Positions 26,963-37,786 of a stretch of DNA of 64,000 nt are shown here, piece after piece. Under the pieces are notes generated by a model, which saw only the letters and a list, made by a program, of their open reading frames with translations, was not told the DNA's origin and ran no database searches. The first letter of the stretch is position 1. Each line of letters opens with the position of its first letter. The stretch comes from Candidatus Nanopelagicales bacterium (lineage in GTDB: Bacteria; Actinomycetota; Actinomycetes; S36-B12; UBA10799), in assembly GCA_037046735.1 (NCBI GenBank), contig JBAOHC010000027.1, positions 12,307 to 76,306 on the forward strand. The letters run 5' to 3'. The position numbers and the translations under genes are program-made.

Positions 26963-29900
26963 TCAGGTGGCGTTGAAATACGCGGCCTCCGGGTGGTGGA
27001 AGATGATCGCCGAGGTCGACTGCTCGGGGTCGAGCTGGAACTCCTCAGACAGGTGCACACCGATGCGCTCGGCCCCCAGCAGGTCACACAGCGGCACTTG
27101 CTGGCTGAGGTCGGGACAGGCCGGGTAGCCGAAGGAGAACCGTTCACCGCGGTACTTCTGCTTCAGAATGCCCGCCACGTCCGGGGCATCGATCGCGCCG
27201 ATACCCAACTCCTCGCGCACCCGCGAGTGCCAGTACTCGGCCAGGGCCTCCGTGAGCTGCACCGAAAGGCCGTGCAGTTCCATGTACTCCCGATAGGCGT
27301 TGGCCGCGAACAGTTCCGCAGCAGCATCGTCGATGCGCCGGCCCATCGTCACGATCTGCAGGCCGATCACGTCGGCGTCCGGTCGAACGTAGTCGGCCAG
27401 ACACAGGTGGCGGCCCCGCTTCTGGCGCGGGAACTGGAACCTGGCGATCTCGCGGTCAGGCTGCTGGGGATCGCCCACGATGATCTCGTTGCCAGATCCA
27501 CGGGCCGGCCAATAGCCGTAGATGACCGCAGCCTCGAGCAGACCCTCGCTGGCCACCCGCGACAGCCACGACCGCAGCCGGGGCAGACCCTCTGTCTGAA
27601 CCAGCTCCTCGTAGTCCGGCCCCGTCTTGCCCGGGCTCAGACCCCACTGGCCGCGGAACAGTGCCCGCTCGTCGAGGTAGGCGACGTAGTCCTTGAGCTG
27701 CACACCCTTGACGATCCGCTCACCCCAGAACGGCGGCGTCGGTGCCGGCGTGTCGCGCGCGACCGTGGACACCGCGTCCGGATCCTCCGGCGCCATCGGG
27801 CGCGCTGCTGCCCGCACCTTCCGGGTGCGCCGTTCGGGCAGGGCGGCTCCCGGCTCGCCGCGCTTGACCGCCATGACGGCATCCATCAGGGAGAGCCCCT
27901 CAAAGGCGTCCTTGGCGTAACGGACCTCGCCGTCGAACACGGCCGCCAGATCTTGCTCGACGAACGCGCGGGTCAGGGCGGCCCCACCGAGCAGGACGGG
28001 GAACTTCTCGGAGATGCCGCGGGCGTTCATCTCCTGCAGGTTCTCCTTCATGATCACGGTTGATTTCACTAGCAGCCCGGACATCCCGATGGCGTCCGCG
28101 TTCGCCTCCTCGGCGGCCTGCAGAATCGCGTTCACCGGTTGCTTGATGCCGATGTTGACCACGGAGTAGCCGTTGTTGCTCAAGATGATGTCGACGAGGT
28201 TCTTGCCGATGTCGTGCACGTCGCCCTTGACCGTGGCCAGCACGATAGTGCCTTTGCCGGCCTCATCGGTCTTCTCCATGTGGGGCTCGAGGTACGCGAC
28301 AGCCGCCTTCATGACCTCGGCACTCTGCAGCACGAACGGCAATTGCATCTCGCCGGAGCCGAACAGATCACCGACGATCCGCATCCCCGGCAGCAGGACA
28401 TCGTTGACGATCTCCAGGGGCGGCTTCTCGGCCATGGCCTCGTCGAGATCTGCCTGCAGCCCCTTGGCCTCACCGTCGATGATGCGCCGTTGCAGCCGCT
28501 CGAACAACGGCAGCCCGGCGAGTTCATCGGCACGGTTACTCGTGATGCTCTGGGCGTCGGCGAACACCTCCAGGAACCGGGTCAGCGGATCGTGGGTGAG
28601 GTTGCCCTCCCCGTCATATTGACGCCGATCGAAGATCAGGTCGAGGGCGGCGTCGCGCTGCTCGTCGGAGATCCGGTTCATGGGCAGGATCTTCGACGCG
28701 TGCACGATGGCCGCGTCCAGGCCGGCCGCCACACACTCATGCAGGAAGACGGAATTCAGGACCTGCCGAGCGGCCGGGTTCAGGCCGAAGGACACATTGG
28801 ACAACCCCAGGACCGTGTTGACCTCCGGGTACGTGGCCTTGAGCTCGCGGATCGCCTCGATCGTCTCGATGCCGTCGCGCCGGGTCTCTTCCTGGCCGGT
28901 GGCAATGGGGAAGGTCAGGGTGTCCACGAGGATGTCTGCGATCGCTACGCCCCAGTTGCTGGTGAGGTCCTGGATGAGGCGGCTGGCCACCCGCACCTTC
29001 CAGTCCCGGGTGCGGGCCTGACCTTCCTCGTCGATGGTCAGTGCCACCACGGCTGCTCCGTGTTCCCTGACCAGCGGCATGATCCGCTGGAACCGGGAGC
29101 CGGGGCCGTCGCCGTCCTCGTAGTTGACGCTGTTGACGATGGCCCGGCCGCCGAGGCGCTCCAGACCTGCGCGCAGTACCTCAGGCTCGGTGGAATCGAG
29201 CATGATTGGCAGCGTCGTGGCGGTGGCCAGCCGTGCGGCGAACTCGGACATGTCGTCTGCGCCGTCACGGCCGACGTAGTCGATGCACACGTCGAGCACA
29301 TGGGCGCCGTCGCGCTCCTGGTCGCGGGCGATCTGCACACACTCATCCCAGTTCTGCGCCAGCATCGCCTCGCGGAACGCCTTCGAGCCGTTGGCATTTG
29401 TGCGCTCCCCCACAGTGAGGAACGTCAGGTCCTGGCGCAGAGGCACCGAGTGGTACAGCGATGCGACCGAGGCCGGAGCGCTGGGCTGCCGGTTGACGCG
29501 ACCCTTGCCGTGCAGCCGCTCCACGACCTGCCGCAGGTGCTCCGGGGTCGTGCCGCAGCATCCTCCGATGAGATTGAGACCGTAGTCGGCGACGAACGTC
29601 TCGTGAGCATCTGCCAGCTGCGTCGGTGTGAGCGGGTAACTGGCGCCGTCGGCGGTCAGTTGCGGCAGGCCGGCGTTGGGCATGCAGGTCAGCAGGATGC
29701 CCGCGTTACGGCTCAGGTGCCGCAGATGCTCGCTCATCTCCGCAGGACCCGTCGCGCAGTTCAGCCCGATGGCGTCGATCCCCAGCGGTTCCAGTGCTGT
29801 CAGCGCCGCCCCGATCTCCGAACCGAGCAGCATGGTGCCGGTGGTTTCCACCGTGACGCTGACCAGGATGGGCACCGACCGGCCTTGCGCCGACATGGCG

Positions 29901-30424
29901 CGGTGGCTGGCCAGGACCGCCGCCTTGGCCTGGAGGAGATCCTGGCTGGTCTCGATGAGGACCGCGTCGATCCCGCCATCCAGCATCCCGATGACCTGCT
30001 CGGTATAGGCGTCGCGCAAAGCCGCGAACGTGGCATGACCCAAGGTCGGCAGCTTCGTCCCCGGGCCGATCGACCCCAGGACGTAGCGCTGGTGATCCGG
30101 TGTCGACCAGTCACGGGCCGATTCCACGGCGATGCTCGCCCCGGCCTGCGCCAGCTCCCGGATGCGGTGCTCGATGCCGTACTCCCCCAGGTTGGCCAAG
30201 TTGGCACCGAAGGTGTTCGTTTCCACCGCGTCGACCCCGACCTCGAAGAAGGCGTCGTGCAGGGAGCGCACAACCTCGGGCCGCGTCACATTGAGGACCT
30301 CATTGCACCCCTCATGGCCCTGGAAGTCGTCCAGGGTCAGATCGTGGGCTTGCAGCATCGTCCCCGTGGCCCCGTCTGCGATCACTACACGCCGCGACAG
30401 GGCAGTCAAAAGATCCTCAGTCAT
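26963..30424 (-). CDS. metH: cobalamin-dependent methionine synthase
   Basis: 1153 aa with Hcy-binding, pterin-binding, B12-binding (GDVHDIGKN) and AdoMet-activation regions all recognisable. Confidence 0.95.
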   Translation of the reverse strand: MTEDLLTALSRRVVIADGATGTMLQAHDLTLDDFQGHEGCNEVLNVTRPEVVRSLHDAFFEVGVDAVETNTFGANLANLGEYGIEHRIRELAQAGASIAVESARDWSTPDHQRYVLGSIGPGTKLPTLGHATFAALRDAYTEQVIGMLDGGIDAVLIETSQDLLQAKAAVLASHRAMSAQGRSVPILVSVTVETTGTMLLGSEIGAALTALEPLGIDAIGLNCATGPAEMSEHLRHLSRNAGILLTCMPNAGLPQLTADGASYPLTPTQLADAHETFVADYGLNLIGGCCGTTPEHLRQVVERLHGKGRVNRQPSAPASVASLYHSVPLRQDLTFLTVGERTNANGSKAFREAMLAQNWDECVQIARDQERDGAHVLDVCIDYVGRDGADDMSEFAARLATATTLPIMLDSTEPEVLRAGLERLGGRAIVNSVNYEDGDGPGSRFQRIMPLVREHGAAVVALTIDEEGQARTRDWKVRVASRLIQDLTSNWGVAIADILVDTLTFPIATGQEETRRDGIETIEAIRELKATYPEVNTVLGLSNVSFGLNPAARQVLNSVFLHECVAAGLDAAIVHASKILPMNRISDEQRDAALDLIFDRRQYDGEGNLTHDPLTRFLEVFADAQSITSNRADELAGLPLFERLQRRIIDGEAKGLQADLDEAMAEKPPLEIVNDVLLPGMRIVGDLFGSGEMQLPFVLQSAEVMKAAVAYLEPHMEKTDEAGKGTIVLATVKGDVHDIGKNLVDIILSNNGYSVVNIGIKQPVNAILQAAEEANADAIGMSGLLVKSTVIMKENLQEMNARGISEKFPVLLGGAALTRAFVEQDLAAVFDGEVRYAKDAFEGLSLMDAVMAVKRGEPGAALPERRTRKVRAAARPMAPEDPDAVSTVARDTPAPTPPFWGERIVKGVQLKDYVAYLDERALFRGQWGLSPGKTGPDYEELVQTEGLPRLRSWLSRVASEGLLEAAVIYGYWPARGSGNEIIVGDPQQPDREIARFQFPRQKRGRHLCLADYVRPDADVIGLQIVTMGRRIDDAAAELFAANAYREYMELHGLSVQLTEALAEYWHSRVREELGIGAIDAPDVAGILKQKYRGERFSFGYPACPDLSQQVPLCDLLGAERIGVHLSEEFQLDPEQSTSAIIFHHPEAAYFNAT

Positions 30425-30488
30425 GATGTGTCAAGCCTACGGTGCCCCCGGTGAGGTCCGGTCGGCGCGCGCCGGGCGTTACGGGGCT

Positions 30489-32108
30489 TCAGGCCTTGTG
30501 CTCCCGGTAGCGCCTGGCCAGGGCCACCGTAGATGAGTCCAGATCGCCGACCTCAGAGTCCCCCAGCAGCAAGGGCGTGATCTTCTTGGCCATCACTTTC
30601 CCGAGTTCCACACCCCACTGATCGAAGGGATTGATCCCCCATACGACCCCTTGTGTGAACACGCTGTGCTCGTAAAGGGCCACGAGACGACCGAGGGTGC
30701 GGGGGTCGAGTCGTTCGGCCACGATCATCGATGACGGCCGATTCCCCGGCATCACCTTGTGTGGTACCAGATCTGTCGGCACCCCCTCGGCAGCGACCTC
30801 GTCGGCATCGCGACCGAAGGCCATCACGGCCGCCTGGGCCAGTACGTTGGCGATCAGCAGGTCGTGATGGTCGGGCGCATCCACGGCGGCCAGGGGCGTC
30901 ACCGGCTCCAGGAAGAACACGAAGTCGCAGGCCACGGTCGCGGTGCCCTGGTGGATCAACTGGTAGAAGGAGTGCTGGCCATTGGTCCCTGGCTCGCCCC
31001 AGAAGATCGCGCCGGTGTCGACCCCCACCGGGGAGCCGTCGATCCGCACGCTCTTCCCGTTGGACTCCATCGTGAGCTGCTGCAGGTAGGCCGGAAAGCG
31101 CTTGAGGTACTGCTCGTACGGGAGCACGGCGCAGGTGGGCAGGTCGAGGAAGTTGCGGTTCCACACCGACAGCAGACCCATGAGCGCGGGCAGGTTGTCG
31201 TGCAGTGGGGCATGCCGGAAGTGCTCGTCCATCTCGTGGAAGCCGGCCAGCATGTCTGCGAAGTTGTCCGGGCCGATCGCAAGCATGGTGGACAGGCCGA
31301 TCGCCGAATCCATCGAGTAGCGTCCACCCACCCAGTCCCAGAAGCCGAACATCTGCGCGGTGTCGATGCCGAAGGCGCTGACGGCCTGCGCATTGGTGGA
31401 CACGGCAACGAAGTGTTTGGCGACAGCCGCTTCGTCGCCCAGCGCGTCGAGCAGCCACGTTCGCGCCGAATGCGCGTTGGTCATCGTCTCCTGGGTTGTG
31501 AACGTCTTGCTGGACACCACGAACAGCGTCTGCTGCGGATCCAGGTCCATCACAGCCTCGACGAAGTCCGTTCCATCGACGTTGGACACGAAGCGGAAGG
31601 TGAGGTCGCGTCGGCTGTAATGCTTCAACGCCTCGTAGGCCATCACGGGCCCGAGGTCGGAGCCCCCGATCCCGATGTTGACGATGTTGGTGATCGGCAG
31701 GCCGGTGTGCCCGGTCCATTCCCCGGATCGGACCCGCTGGCTGAACGCCGCCATCCGGTCCAGCACGGCATGCACCTCGGCCACCACGTCCACGCCGTCG
31801 ACCACCAGCGACGAATCCCGCGGCAGGCGCAGGGCCGTATGCAGCACTGCTCGGTCCTCTGTGGTGTTGATGTGCTCGCCCAGGAACATGGCCTCCCGGC
31901 GCCCGGCCAGATCGACGCCTTCAGCAAGAGCGACCAACAGGTCGACGGTCTGCGCAGTCACGCGCTGCTTGGAGTAGTCCAAGGTGATGCCCGCCCCCTC
32001 GACCACCAGGTCGCTGCCCCGGTCGGGTGCAGTGGCGAACAGTTCGCGCAGGGAGGGCGTGGTGTGAGCGGCGAGGGCCTGCCAGGCGGGATTCTGGGTA
32101 ACGGACAT
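30489..32108 (-). CDS. pgi: glucose-6-phosphate isomerase
   Basis: 539 aa. Canonical PGI sequence throughout ([28 protein letters not shown]). Confidence 0.95.
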   Translation of the reverse strand: MSVTQNPAWQALAAHTTPSLRELFATAPDRGSDLVVEGAGITLDYSKQRVTAQTVDLLVALAEGVDLAGRREAMFLGEHINTTEDRAVLHTALRLPRDSSLVVDGVDVVAEVHAVLDRMAAFSQRVRSGEWTGHTGLPITNIVNIGIGGSDLGPVMAYEALKHYSRRDLTFRFVSNVDGTDFVEAVMDLDPQQTLFVVSSKTFTTQETMTNAHSARTWLLDALGDEAAVAKHFVAVSTNAQAVSAFGIDTAQMFGFWDWVGGRYSMDSAIGLSTMLAIGPDNFADMLAGFHEMDEHFRHAPLHDNLPALMGLLSVWNRNFLDLPTCAVLPYEQYLKRFPAYLQQLTMESNGKSVRIDGSPVGVDTGAIFWGEPGTNGQHSFYQLIHQGTATVACDFVFFLEPVTPLAAVDAPDHHDLLIANVLAQAAVMAFGRDADEVAAEGVPTDLVPHKVMPGNRPSSMIVAERLDPRTLGRLVALYEHSVFTQGVVWGINPFDQWGVELGKVMAKKITPLLLGDSEVGDLDSSTVALARRYREHKA

Positions 32109-32217
32109 GCGTGGTGACTCCTTGTGGTCCAGCGTGCGAGGGAAAGTCTCGGTGGCCTACGTTCGACATTAGTGTTTGCGACGGATGTCCCGGCGCATGA
32201 AGGTCCTAGGAGGATGG

Positions 32218-33252
32218 ATGGCCACGGATTCGCCGATGGAACTCGGGATGGTCGGTTTGGGACGGATGGGCGCCAACATCGTGCGCCGCATCATGCAGGA
32301 TGGCCATTCCGCGGTGGTGAACGATGTGTCCGCGGATGCTGTCGCGGCGCTCGTCGCCGACGGTGCCACGGGGTCCCCCGACCTGGCCGAATTCGTCGGC
32401 ATGATGCAGCGTCCGCGCAACGTGTGGATCATGGTTCCGGCTGGGAAGATCACTGAGGCCGTCGTCAATCAACTGGCCGACCTGCTCGAGCCCGGCGACG
32501 CGATCATCGACGGCGGCAACTCCTACTACCACGACGACATCCGGCATGCCGGGAACCTGCAGGAGAAGGGCATCCACTTCGTGGACTGCGGCACGTCCGG
32601 CGGTGTGTGGGGCCTTGAGCGCGGTTACTGCCTGATGATCGGCGGCCCCGACGAGGCGGTGGACCGGTTGCGGCCCATTTGGCGTTCCGTGGCCCCGGGC
32701 GTGGGCGACATCGATCGCACACCGGGCCGGTCTGGCGCCTACACCCCCGAGGAAGAGGGCTGGCTGCACTGCGGTCCGAACGGCGCCGGGCACTTCGTCA
32801 AGATGGTGCACAACGGGATCGAATACGGCTTGATGGCCGCGTATGCCGAGGGCTTGAACATCCTCAAGAACGCCGACGAGGGCACCTCGACACGTACCGC
32901 CGATGCCGAGACCGCGCCGATGGAGAACCCGCAGTACTACCAGTACGACATCGACACAGCCGCCGTGTCCGAGCTATGGCGCCGGGGCTCCGTTGTGGCG
33001 TCCTGGTTGCTCGACCTCACCGCGATCGCGTTGAACGAGAGCCCAGATCTCGAGGAATTCTCAGGGCGGGTGTCGGACTCCGGCGAGGGACGGTGGACGT
33101 CCATCGCCGCCATCGATGAGGGCGTTCCGGCCCCGGTGCTGACCGCCGCGCTCTTCTCGCGATTCGCCTCCCAGGGCAACGACGAGTTCGCCAACAAGGT
33201 GCAGTCGGCGATGCGTAAACAGTTCGGCGGCCACGATGAGAAGAAGAGCTAG
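32218..33252 (+). CDS. gnd: 6-phosphogluconate dehydrogenase, decarboxylating (short Gnd-like form)
   Basis: MVGLGRMGANIV Rossmann motif and GAGHFVKMVHNGIEYG. Start chosen at ATG 32218, after AGGAGG. Confidence 0.85.
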   Translation: MATDSPMELGMVGLGRMGANIVRRIMQDGHSAVVNDVSADAVAALVADGATGSPDLAEFVGMMQRPRNVWIMVPAGKITEAVVNQLADLLEPGDAIIDGGNSYYHDDIRHAGNLQEKGIHFVDCGTSGGVWGLERGYCLMIGGPDEAVDRLRPIWRSVAPGVGDIDRTPGRSGAYTPEEEGWLHCGPNGAGHFVKMVHNGIEYGLMAAYAEGLNILKNADEGTSTRTADAETAPMENPQYYQYDIDTAAVSELWRRGSVVASWLLDLTAIALNESPDLEEFSGRVSDSGEGRWTSIAAIDEGVPAPVLTAALFSRFASQGNDEFANKVQSAMRKQFGGHDEKKS

Positions 33253-33381
33253 CCCGTGGCGCGGGGCTACCGCGTGAAGTAAGCGCTCCTGAACGTTCGC
33301 CAACGGTGGCGGGCGGGTTATCCACCGCATAATCCCTGGTCAGGAAACGCAAACGAGTTTGTCAGACCCTCCTCGTACGGT

Positions 33382-34497
33382 GTGGTCATGAACAGTTCGG
33401 TGGTGGATGCGTGGGACGTGATGCTGTCGCGGGGGGATCCGTTGGAGGTCGCGAAAGCGGCTGAGGCGGTGATCGGGTTCTGTCACGCCCAGCAGTTGCG
33501 GGCCTTGCACCAGGTGTATGTGGAGGCCGAGCTGGGCTCGGATCCGGATGGGGTGGTGGTCGACCCGACGCCGCCGGAGGTGGCGTGCGCGATGGTGTGG
33601 ACCCCGGGGGCGGCGGCCTCGATGGTCGATGTCGCGGTGGACGTGGTGGAGGACCTGCCGGTGGTGCTGGCGGCGTTGGCCGAGGGCCGGATCGATTTGG
33701 GCAAGGTCCGCGAGATCACCCGCGCCACTTTGGGCCTGTCCCGGGCTGACCGGCAGGCGTTGGCCGAGCGGGCCATCGACTACGCCGCGACCCGGACCCG
33801 GTCGCAGTTGCGTCCGTGGTTGACCCGGCAGGTGGATCGGATCGACGCTGACGCCGCGCAGCGGCGCCGCAAGCATGCCCGGAAACGCCGCCGTGTGAGC
33901 CTGACCCCGGAACCGGACGGGATGGCGACCCTGTCCGCCTACCTCACCGCCGAAGAGGCCACCGCCTGCATGGAGTCGATCCGGGCCCGGTCGACCCGTA
34001 TCGACGGGTCCCGCGACGCCAGCCAGGCCGACACGTTCATCGAGTTGTTGACCGGGGTGAGCGCGGCCGAGCAGATCCCGATCGCGGTGATCATGACCGA
34101 TGACGGGGCGCAGATCGAGGGGTACGGGCCGATCGCTGATGCCCACGCCGAGGATCTGCTGCGCCGCCTGGAACTGCCCTCGGCGGTCATCCGGCTGACC
34201 CCACCGCAGTTCCGGATCGGCTACGCCCCGACCGTGAAGATGCGCCGGTACGTGCAGGTCCGGGACCGGCACTGCCGGTTCCCGGGCTGTCGCCGGCCGG
34301 CCCGTTCCTGCGACCTCGACCACATCGTCGCCTACCCGGCCGGCCCCACCGATGTCGACAATCTGCAGCCGTTGTGCCGGACCCACCACCGGGTGAAAAC
34401 CCACGGCGGCTGGCACGTCGAGCGCGGACCCAACAACACCATGATCTGGACCAGCCCCCGCGGCAAGCGATACACCAGCCACCCCGACGACCCCTAA
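33382..34497 (+). CDS. DUF222/HNH endonuclease (REP13E12-type family)
   Basis: C-terminal CRFPGCRRPARSCDLDHIVAY...NLQPLCRTHHRVKTHGGW HNH motif. The N-terminal DUF222-like region is typical of multi-copy actinobacterial HNH genes. Confidence 0.8.
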   Translation: MVMNSSVVDAWDVMLSRGDPLEVAKAAEAVIGFCHAQQLRALHQVYVEAELGSDPDGVVVDPTPPEVACAMVWTPGAAASMVDVAVDVVEDLPVVLAALAEGRIDLGKVREITRATLGLSRADRQALAERAIDYAATRTRSQLRPWLTRQVDRIDADAAQRRRKHARKRRRVSLTPEPDGMATLSAYLTAEEATACMESIRARSTRIDGSRDASQADTFIELLTGVSAAEQIPIAVIMTDDGAQIEGYGPIADAHAEDLLRRLELPSAVIRLTPPQFRIGYAPTVKMRRYVQVRDRHCRFPGCRRPARSCDLDHIVAYPAGPTDVDNLQPLCRTHHRVKTHGGWHVERGPNNTMIWTSPRGKRYTSHPDDP

Positions 34498-34607
34498 ACA
34501 CAGGTCCCCCCGCCCACGCGGGCAACACCACCGAGGTAGCGAATGCCCACGGTGTGAACGGCAGTGCGCCCGTGATGACACACGTGCGGCCCTTTGTGGG
34601 CAGCTCT

Positions 34608-35057
34608 CTACCCAAAGCTGTTCGTGCTGGCGCGGCGCACGCACCCGTACCCGCACTTGTCCTTCGCCGCCCAGTAGGCGTACCGCTTCGTGCTGCCCAC
34701 CGCCCATCCGTAGCGCTCGATGTTGTTGCCGTCCCAGCGCACAGCCAGGGCGAGCCACCCGTTGCGCACCCATGCGATCTTGCGGCACGTCCACGGGTAG
34801 TCCGACGTCGACTTGCACTCGTTCTGCGCACGCCGCAAGGCCTGCCACTTGGTGGAGTAGCCGTTGGACCAACCCACGGCACCGCCGGACATGGCCAGCG
34901 AGAGGGCGCCGTAGGTGTTGCCGTAACGAGCGGCTGTCGGTACCGACGGGTCAGGCACCCTGGCGGCCCCGGCCGGCGCTCCCGTCATCACCGTGGCCGT
35001 GAACAGTGCCAGTGACGCCACCAGGACACCGAGAATGAGACTGATCCGCCTAGACAT
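34608..35057 (-). CDS. secreted DUF4189-like protein
   Basis: Start at ATG 35057 (MSRRISLILGVLVASLALF signal peptide). YGALSLAMSGGAVGWSNGY...NECK...CRKIAWVRNGWLALA resembles DUF4189. Confidence 0.55.
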   Translation of the reverse strand: MSRRISLILGVLVASLALFTATVMTGAPAGAARVPDPSVPTAARYGNTYGALSLAMSGGAVGWSNGYSTKWQALRRAQNECKSTSDYPWTCRKIAWVRNGWLALAVRWDGNNIERYGWAVGSTKRYAYWAAKDKCGYGCVRRASTNSFG

Positions 35058-35193
35058 GTGCAGACCCCCTACCTTGCGCGTGGCCGAAGTTCCGCCGAGT
35101 CGAGATGTGCCCATCCGGGCTCGCACTGCGCAGAACCCAGCATCAGGATACGCCCGTACGGCCATGAGAGAGCAAGTAGCGGACAGCCCCGAT

Positions 35194-36414
35194 TTACACC
35201 ACGCCAAGGAACCCATCGACAGCCCGGGACATCAGACCCGGACCCGCGGGATCGTCACCCCCGCGCAGATCCTGCTCCCGAGCCCACTGGTCCACAACTG
35301 CCAGTGCGGCGGGGGTGTTGATGTCATCGGCAACGGCCTCCACCAAGGCGGACACGGCATCCGTACTCGTCGGCCCGGTCGGCCGAGACAGCGCCGCGCG
35401 CCACGCGGTCAGGCGTGCCGTCCCCTCGGCGAGGAGGTCATCACTCCACGACCAGTCCTCACGGTAGGACTGCGACAGCAGCGCAAGTCTGATCGCCATA
35501 GGATCGACCCCGGCCTCGCGCAGCGCAGAGACGAAGACCAGATTGCCGACGGACTTGCTCATCTTCTGTCCGTCCAGGCCGACCATGGGGCCGTGCACGT
35601 AAGAGCGCGCGAAGGGCCAGCCCTGCAGTGCCTCGCCCTGCGCAGCGCTCATCTCATGATGGGGGAAGATCAAGTCGCTACCACCGCCCTGGAGGTCGAA
35701 GCCGGGCCCTAGCAGATCGAGTGCGATCGAAGCACATTCGATGTGCCAGCCGGGTCGACCGCTGCCGACGGTGCTGTCCCACGACGGTTCACCGGGCCGA
35801 GGGGCCTGCCACAACAGCGGATCGATGGGGTTGCGCTTGCCCGGACGGCCCGGGTCCCCGCCACGCTCCGCGGAGATTCCCACCATGTCCGGATCTGACA
35901 GGTGACTGACGCTCCCGAACCGAACAGCTGCAGTGACGTCGAAGTAGACGTCGTCATCGACGGGGTAAGCAGCACCGGCATTCTGCAGGTCAGCGACGCG
36001 CCTGGCGGCCAAGTCGATGGATTCCACGGCTCCGACGAGATGCGTGGGTGGCAACACCCGTAGCGCCACCATGTCGTCGCGGAAGCGCTGGATCTCGAAA
36101 TCGGCAAGGCCGCGCCAGTCCACACCGTCGCGGGCGGCGCGTTCCAGCAGGGGGTCATCAATGTCCGTGACGTTCTGCACATAGGTGACGTCGTTGCCGG
36201 TGAGCCGCCAGAAGCGGTGCACCGTGTCGAAAAGAACGTAGGTGGCGGCGTGGCCGATGTGCGTGGCGTCGTACGGGGTGATGCCGCATACGTACATTCG
36301 GGCAGGACTGCCGGGATTCAGCGGGCGCACCTGACCCGTTGCCGTATCGAACGCTGTGAGATCTGCGGAGATTCTCGGCAGAGGGGGAAGGGTTTCGCTG
36401 GGCCAGGAACGCAC
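35194..36414 (-). CDS. mshC: L-cysteine:1D-myo-inositol 2-amino-2-deoxy-alpha-D-glucopyranoside ligase
   Basis: CysRS-like, with [14 protein letters not shown] (HIGH) and [10 protein letters not shown] (KMSKS). 406 aa without an anticodon domain, as in MshC. Confidence 0.9.
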   Translation of the reverse strand: MRSWPSETLPPLPRISADLTAFDTATGQVRPLNPGSPARMYVCGITPYDATHIGHAATYVLFDTVHRFWRLTGNDVTYVQNVTDIDDPLLERAARDGVDWRGLADFEIQRFRDDMVALRVLPPTHLVGAVESIDLAARRVADLQNAGAAYPVDDDVYFDVTAAVRFGSVSHLSDPDMVGISAERGGDPGRPGKRNPIDPLLWQAPRPGEPSWDSTVGSGRPGWHIECASIALDLLGPGFDLQGGGSDLIFPHHEMSAAQGEALQGWPFARSYVHGPMVGLDGQKMSKSVGNLVFVSALREAGVDPMAIRLALLSQSYREDWSWSDDLLAEGTARLTAWRAALSRPTGPTSTDAVSALVEAVADDINTPAALAVVDQWAREQDLRGGDDPAGPGLMSRAVDGFLGVV

Positions 36415-36469
36415 ACTTTCAGACTAGTTGAACGATCCATATCCTGTTTCTGGCGGGCTGCAGGACAGA

Positions 36470-37222
36470 TCAGATCAGAGGCCAGGGCAGTGCCGGCCAC
36501 GTCCCCTCCGGTGCGGGGAAGACGGCGGCATTCAGCAATGCCTGCGCCCGTTCGCGCGTTGCGCGGACCTCGGTCACGGTCAACCACTGCTCGAGCCGAT
36601 CCAGGTGCGGCACCGCCGCTGACACAGCCTGCAGCAACTCCGGAGGTATGGTCGCGCCCATCAGCCCCCACAGCACAGTGCGCAGTTTTGGTTCGTCGTG
36701 GAACGTCACCCCGTGGTCGATGCCGAAGAGGCCAGTCTCGTTGCGCAGCAGGTGCCCGCCCTTGCGGTCGGCGTTGTTGGCAATGGCGTCGAACACGATC
36801 ATCCGAGCCGTCGGCAGGTCAGTGCGGTGCGCCACCACGACGGGCCCGTCCTGCGTCTCGGCGTCCACGACCCCGACCCAGCCATCGGGCACCGCGTCGG
36901 GGGCGAACGCGGCCAGGTCCACGTTTCCCTCTACCCACAGTTGGACGGTTCCGGCGCCGGCCGGGCCATGCTCCCGCCAGGCGGTCACGGGCACCTGGTC
37001 GAATCCCAGCAGCTCATCAAGGACCGCCGCGGCCTTCTCCCGCCGGCTCAGCGTCCGCGGCTCGAAGTCCCACAGCGGCTGCTCCCCGGCCTCCGGCTTG
37101 TAGACCACCCGGACCGGACCAGCATCCCCGGGCACGCTGCAAAGCAGGGCGTTGTTGGACGAGTCCGGGAGGCGGCCCAGAACCTGCAGTGGCGCGCTGG
37201 CGAGGGTGGCCTCGTCGATCAT
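36470..37222 (-). CDS. SCO1664-family protein (PI3/4-kinase-like, Rv2133c-type)
   Basis: Start at ATG 37222, overlapping the DUF3090 stop (ATGA). FGIDHGVTFH motif. Conserved neighbour of DUF3090 and the phosphomutase gene. Confidence 0.7.
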   Translation of the reverse strand: MIDEATLASAPLQVLGRLPDSSNNALLCSVPGDAGPVRVVYKPEAGEQPLWDFEPRTLSRREKAAAVLDELLGFDQVPVTAWREHGPAGAGTVQLWVEGNVDLAAFAPDAVPDGWVGVVDAETQDGPVVVAHRTDLPTARMIVFDAIANNADRKGGHLLRNETGLFGIDHGVTFHDEPKLRTVLWGLMGATIPPELLQAVSAAVPHLDRLEQWLTVTEVRATRERAQALLNAAVFPAPEGTWPALPWPLI

Positions 37223-37776
37223 GCGATGTTGCGGCGATACCCGTTGGCACGTGGACAGATGTGTCCGTCGGGGTCGATAGGCAGATGACAGAAGGGGCAT
37301 TGCGGCCGGCCGGCGGCCACCACGCGGCTGGCCCGCACCGAGAATGCCAACGCCGCCATCGCCGTCAGCCGCACGCGCACGGTGTCCGGGCCGATCTCCT
37401 CATCGTCGCCGATATCAGGCACCTCATCGGTCTCAGACTCCCCGTGCGCCTCGATGATGACGCAGTCGTCGCCGGGATCCCATCCAATCCCCATGGAAAT
37501 CACCTGGAACTCCGGCTCGATGGGCTGCGTCAGCGGCTCCGTGTCGATGAGGTCCTCGTCCGGGTCGGTCGGCAGGTCAACACCGGATCGCCGTACCTGA
37601 TCAAGCAGCTCGATGATCTTCTCCGACAACACCGCCGCCTGCTCCTTCTCGCACAGCAAGCTCAACGCGGCGCCACCGTCAGTGATCTGCAGAAAGAAGG
37701 TGCGGTCCCCCGGCTGGCCGACGGTGCCGACCACGAACCGCGCAGGGTGCGAGAAGGACAGAATGCGGCGCGTCAC
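37219..37776 (-). CDS. DUF3090 protein (Rv2134c-type)
   Basis: RFVVGTVGQPGDRTFFLQ N-terminus and C-terminal CPFCHLPIDPDGHICPRANGYRR. Start at GTG 37776 or 37782. Confidence 0.75.
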   Translation of the reverse strand: MTRRILSFSHPARFVVGTVGQPGDRTFFLQITDGGAALSLLCEKEQAAVLSEKIIELLDQVRRSGVDLPTDPDEDLIDTEPLTQPIEPEFQVISMGIGWDPGDDCVIIEAHGESETDEVPDIGDDEEIGPDTVRVRLTAMAALAFSVRASRVVAAGRPQCPFCHLPIDPDGHICPRANGYRRNIA

Positions 37777-37786
37777 GGGCACGACC

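Noticed and set aside
28139-30454. 771-aa plus-strand ORF, along with similar long ORFs at 26795-28063, 30759-32117, 18542-20170, 13845-15038, 33340-34872, 43999-45477, 54683-55834 and 9057-9929.
   Set aside because: All lie antisense to or out of frame with genes that have strong family-level identity (metH, pgi, mpa, pafA, the HNH gene, AidB-like, RCC1, helY). They have low-complexity Arg/Pro/Gly/His-rich composition.
30425-30488. A cobalamin or SAM riboswitch might be expected upstream of metH.
   Set aside because: Only 64 nt separate metH from the pgi stop, which is too short for such an element, and no conserved riboswitch core is visible.
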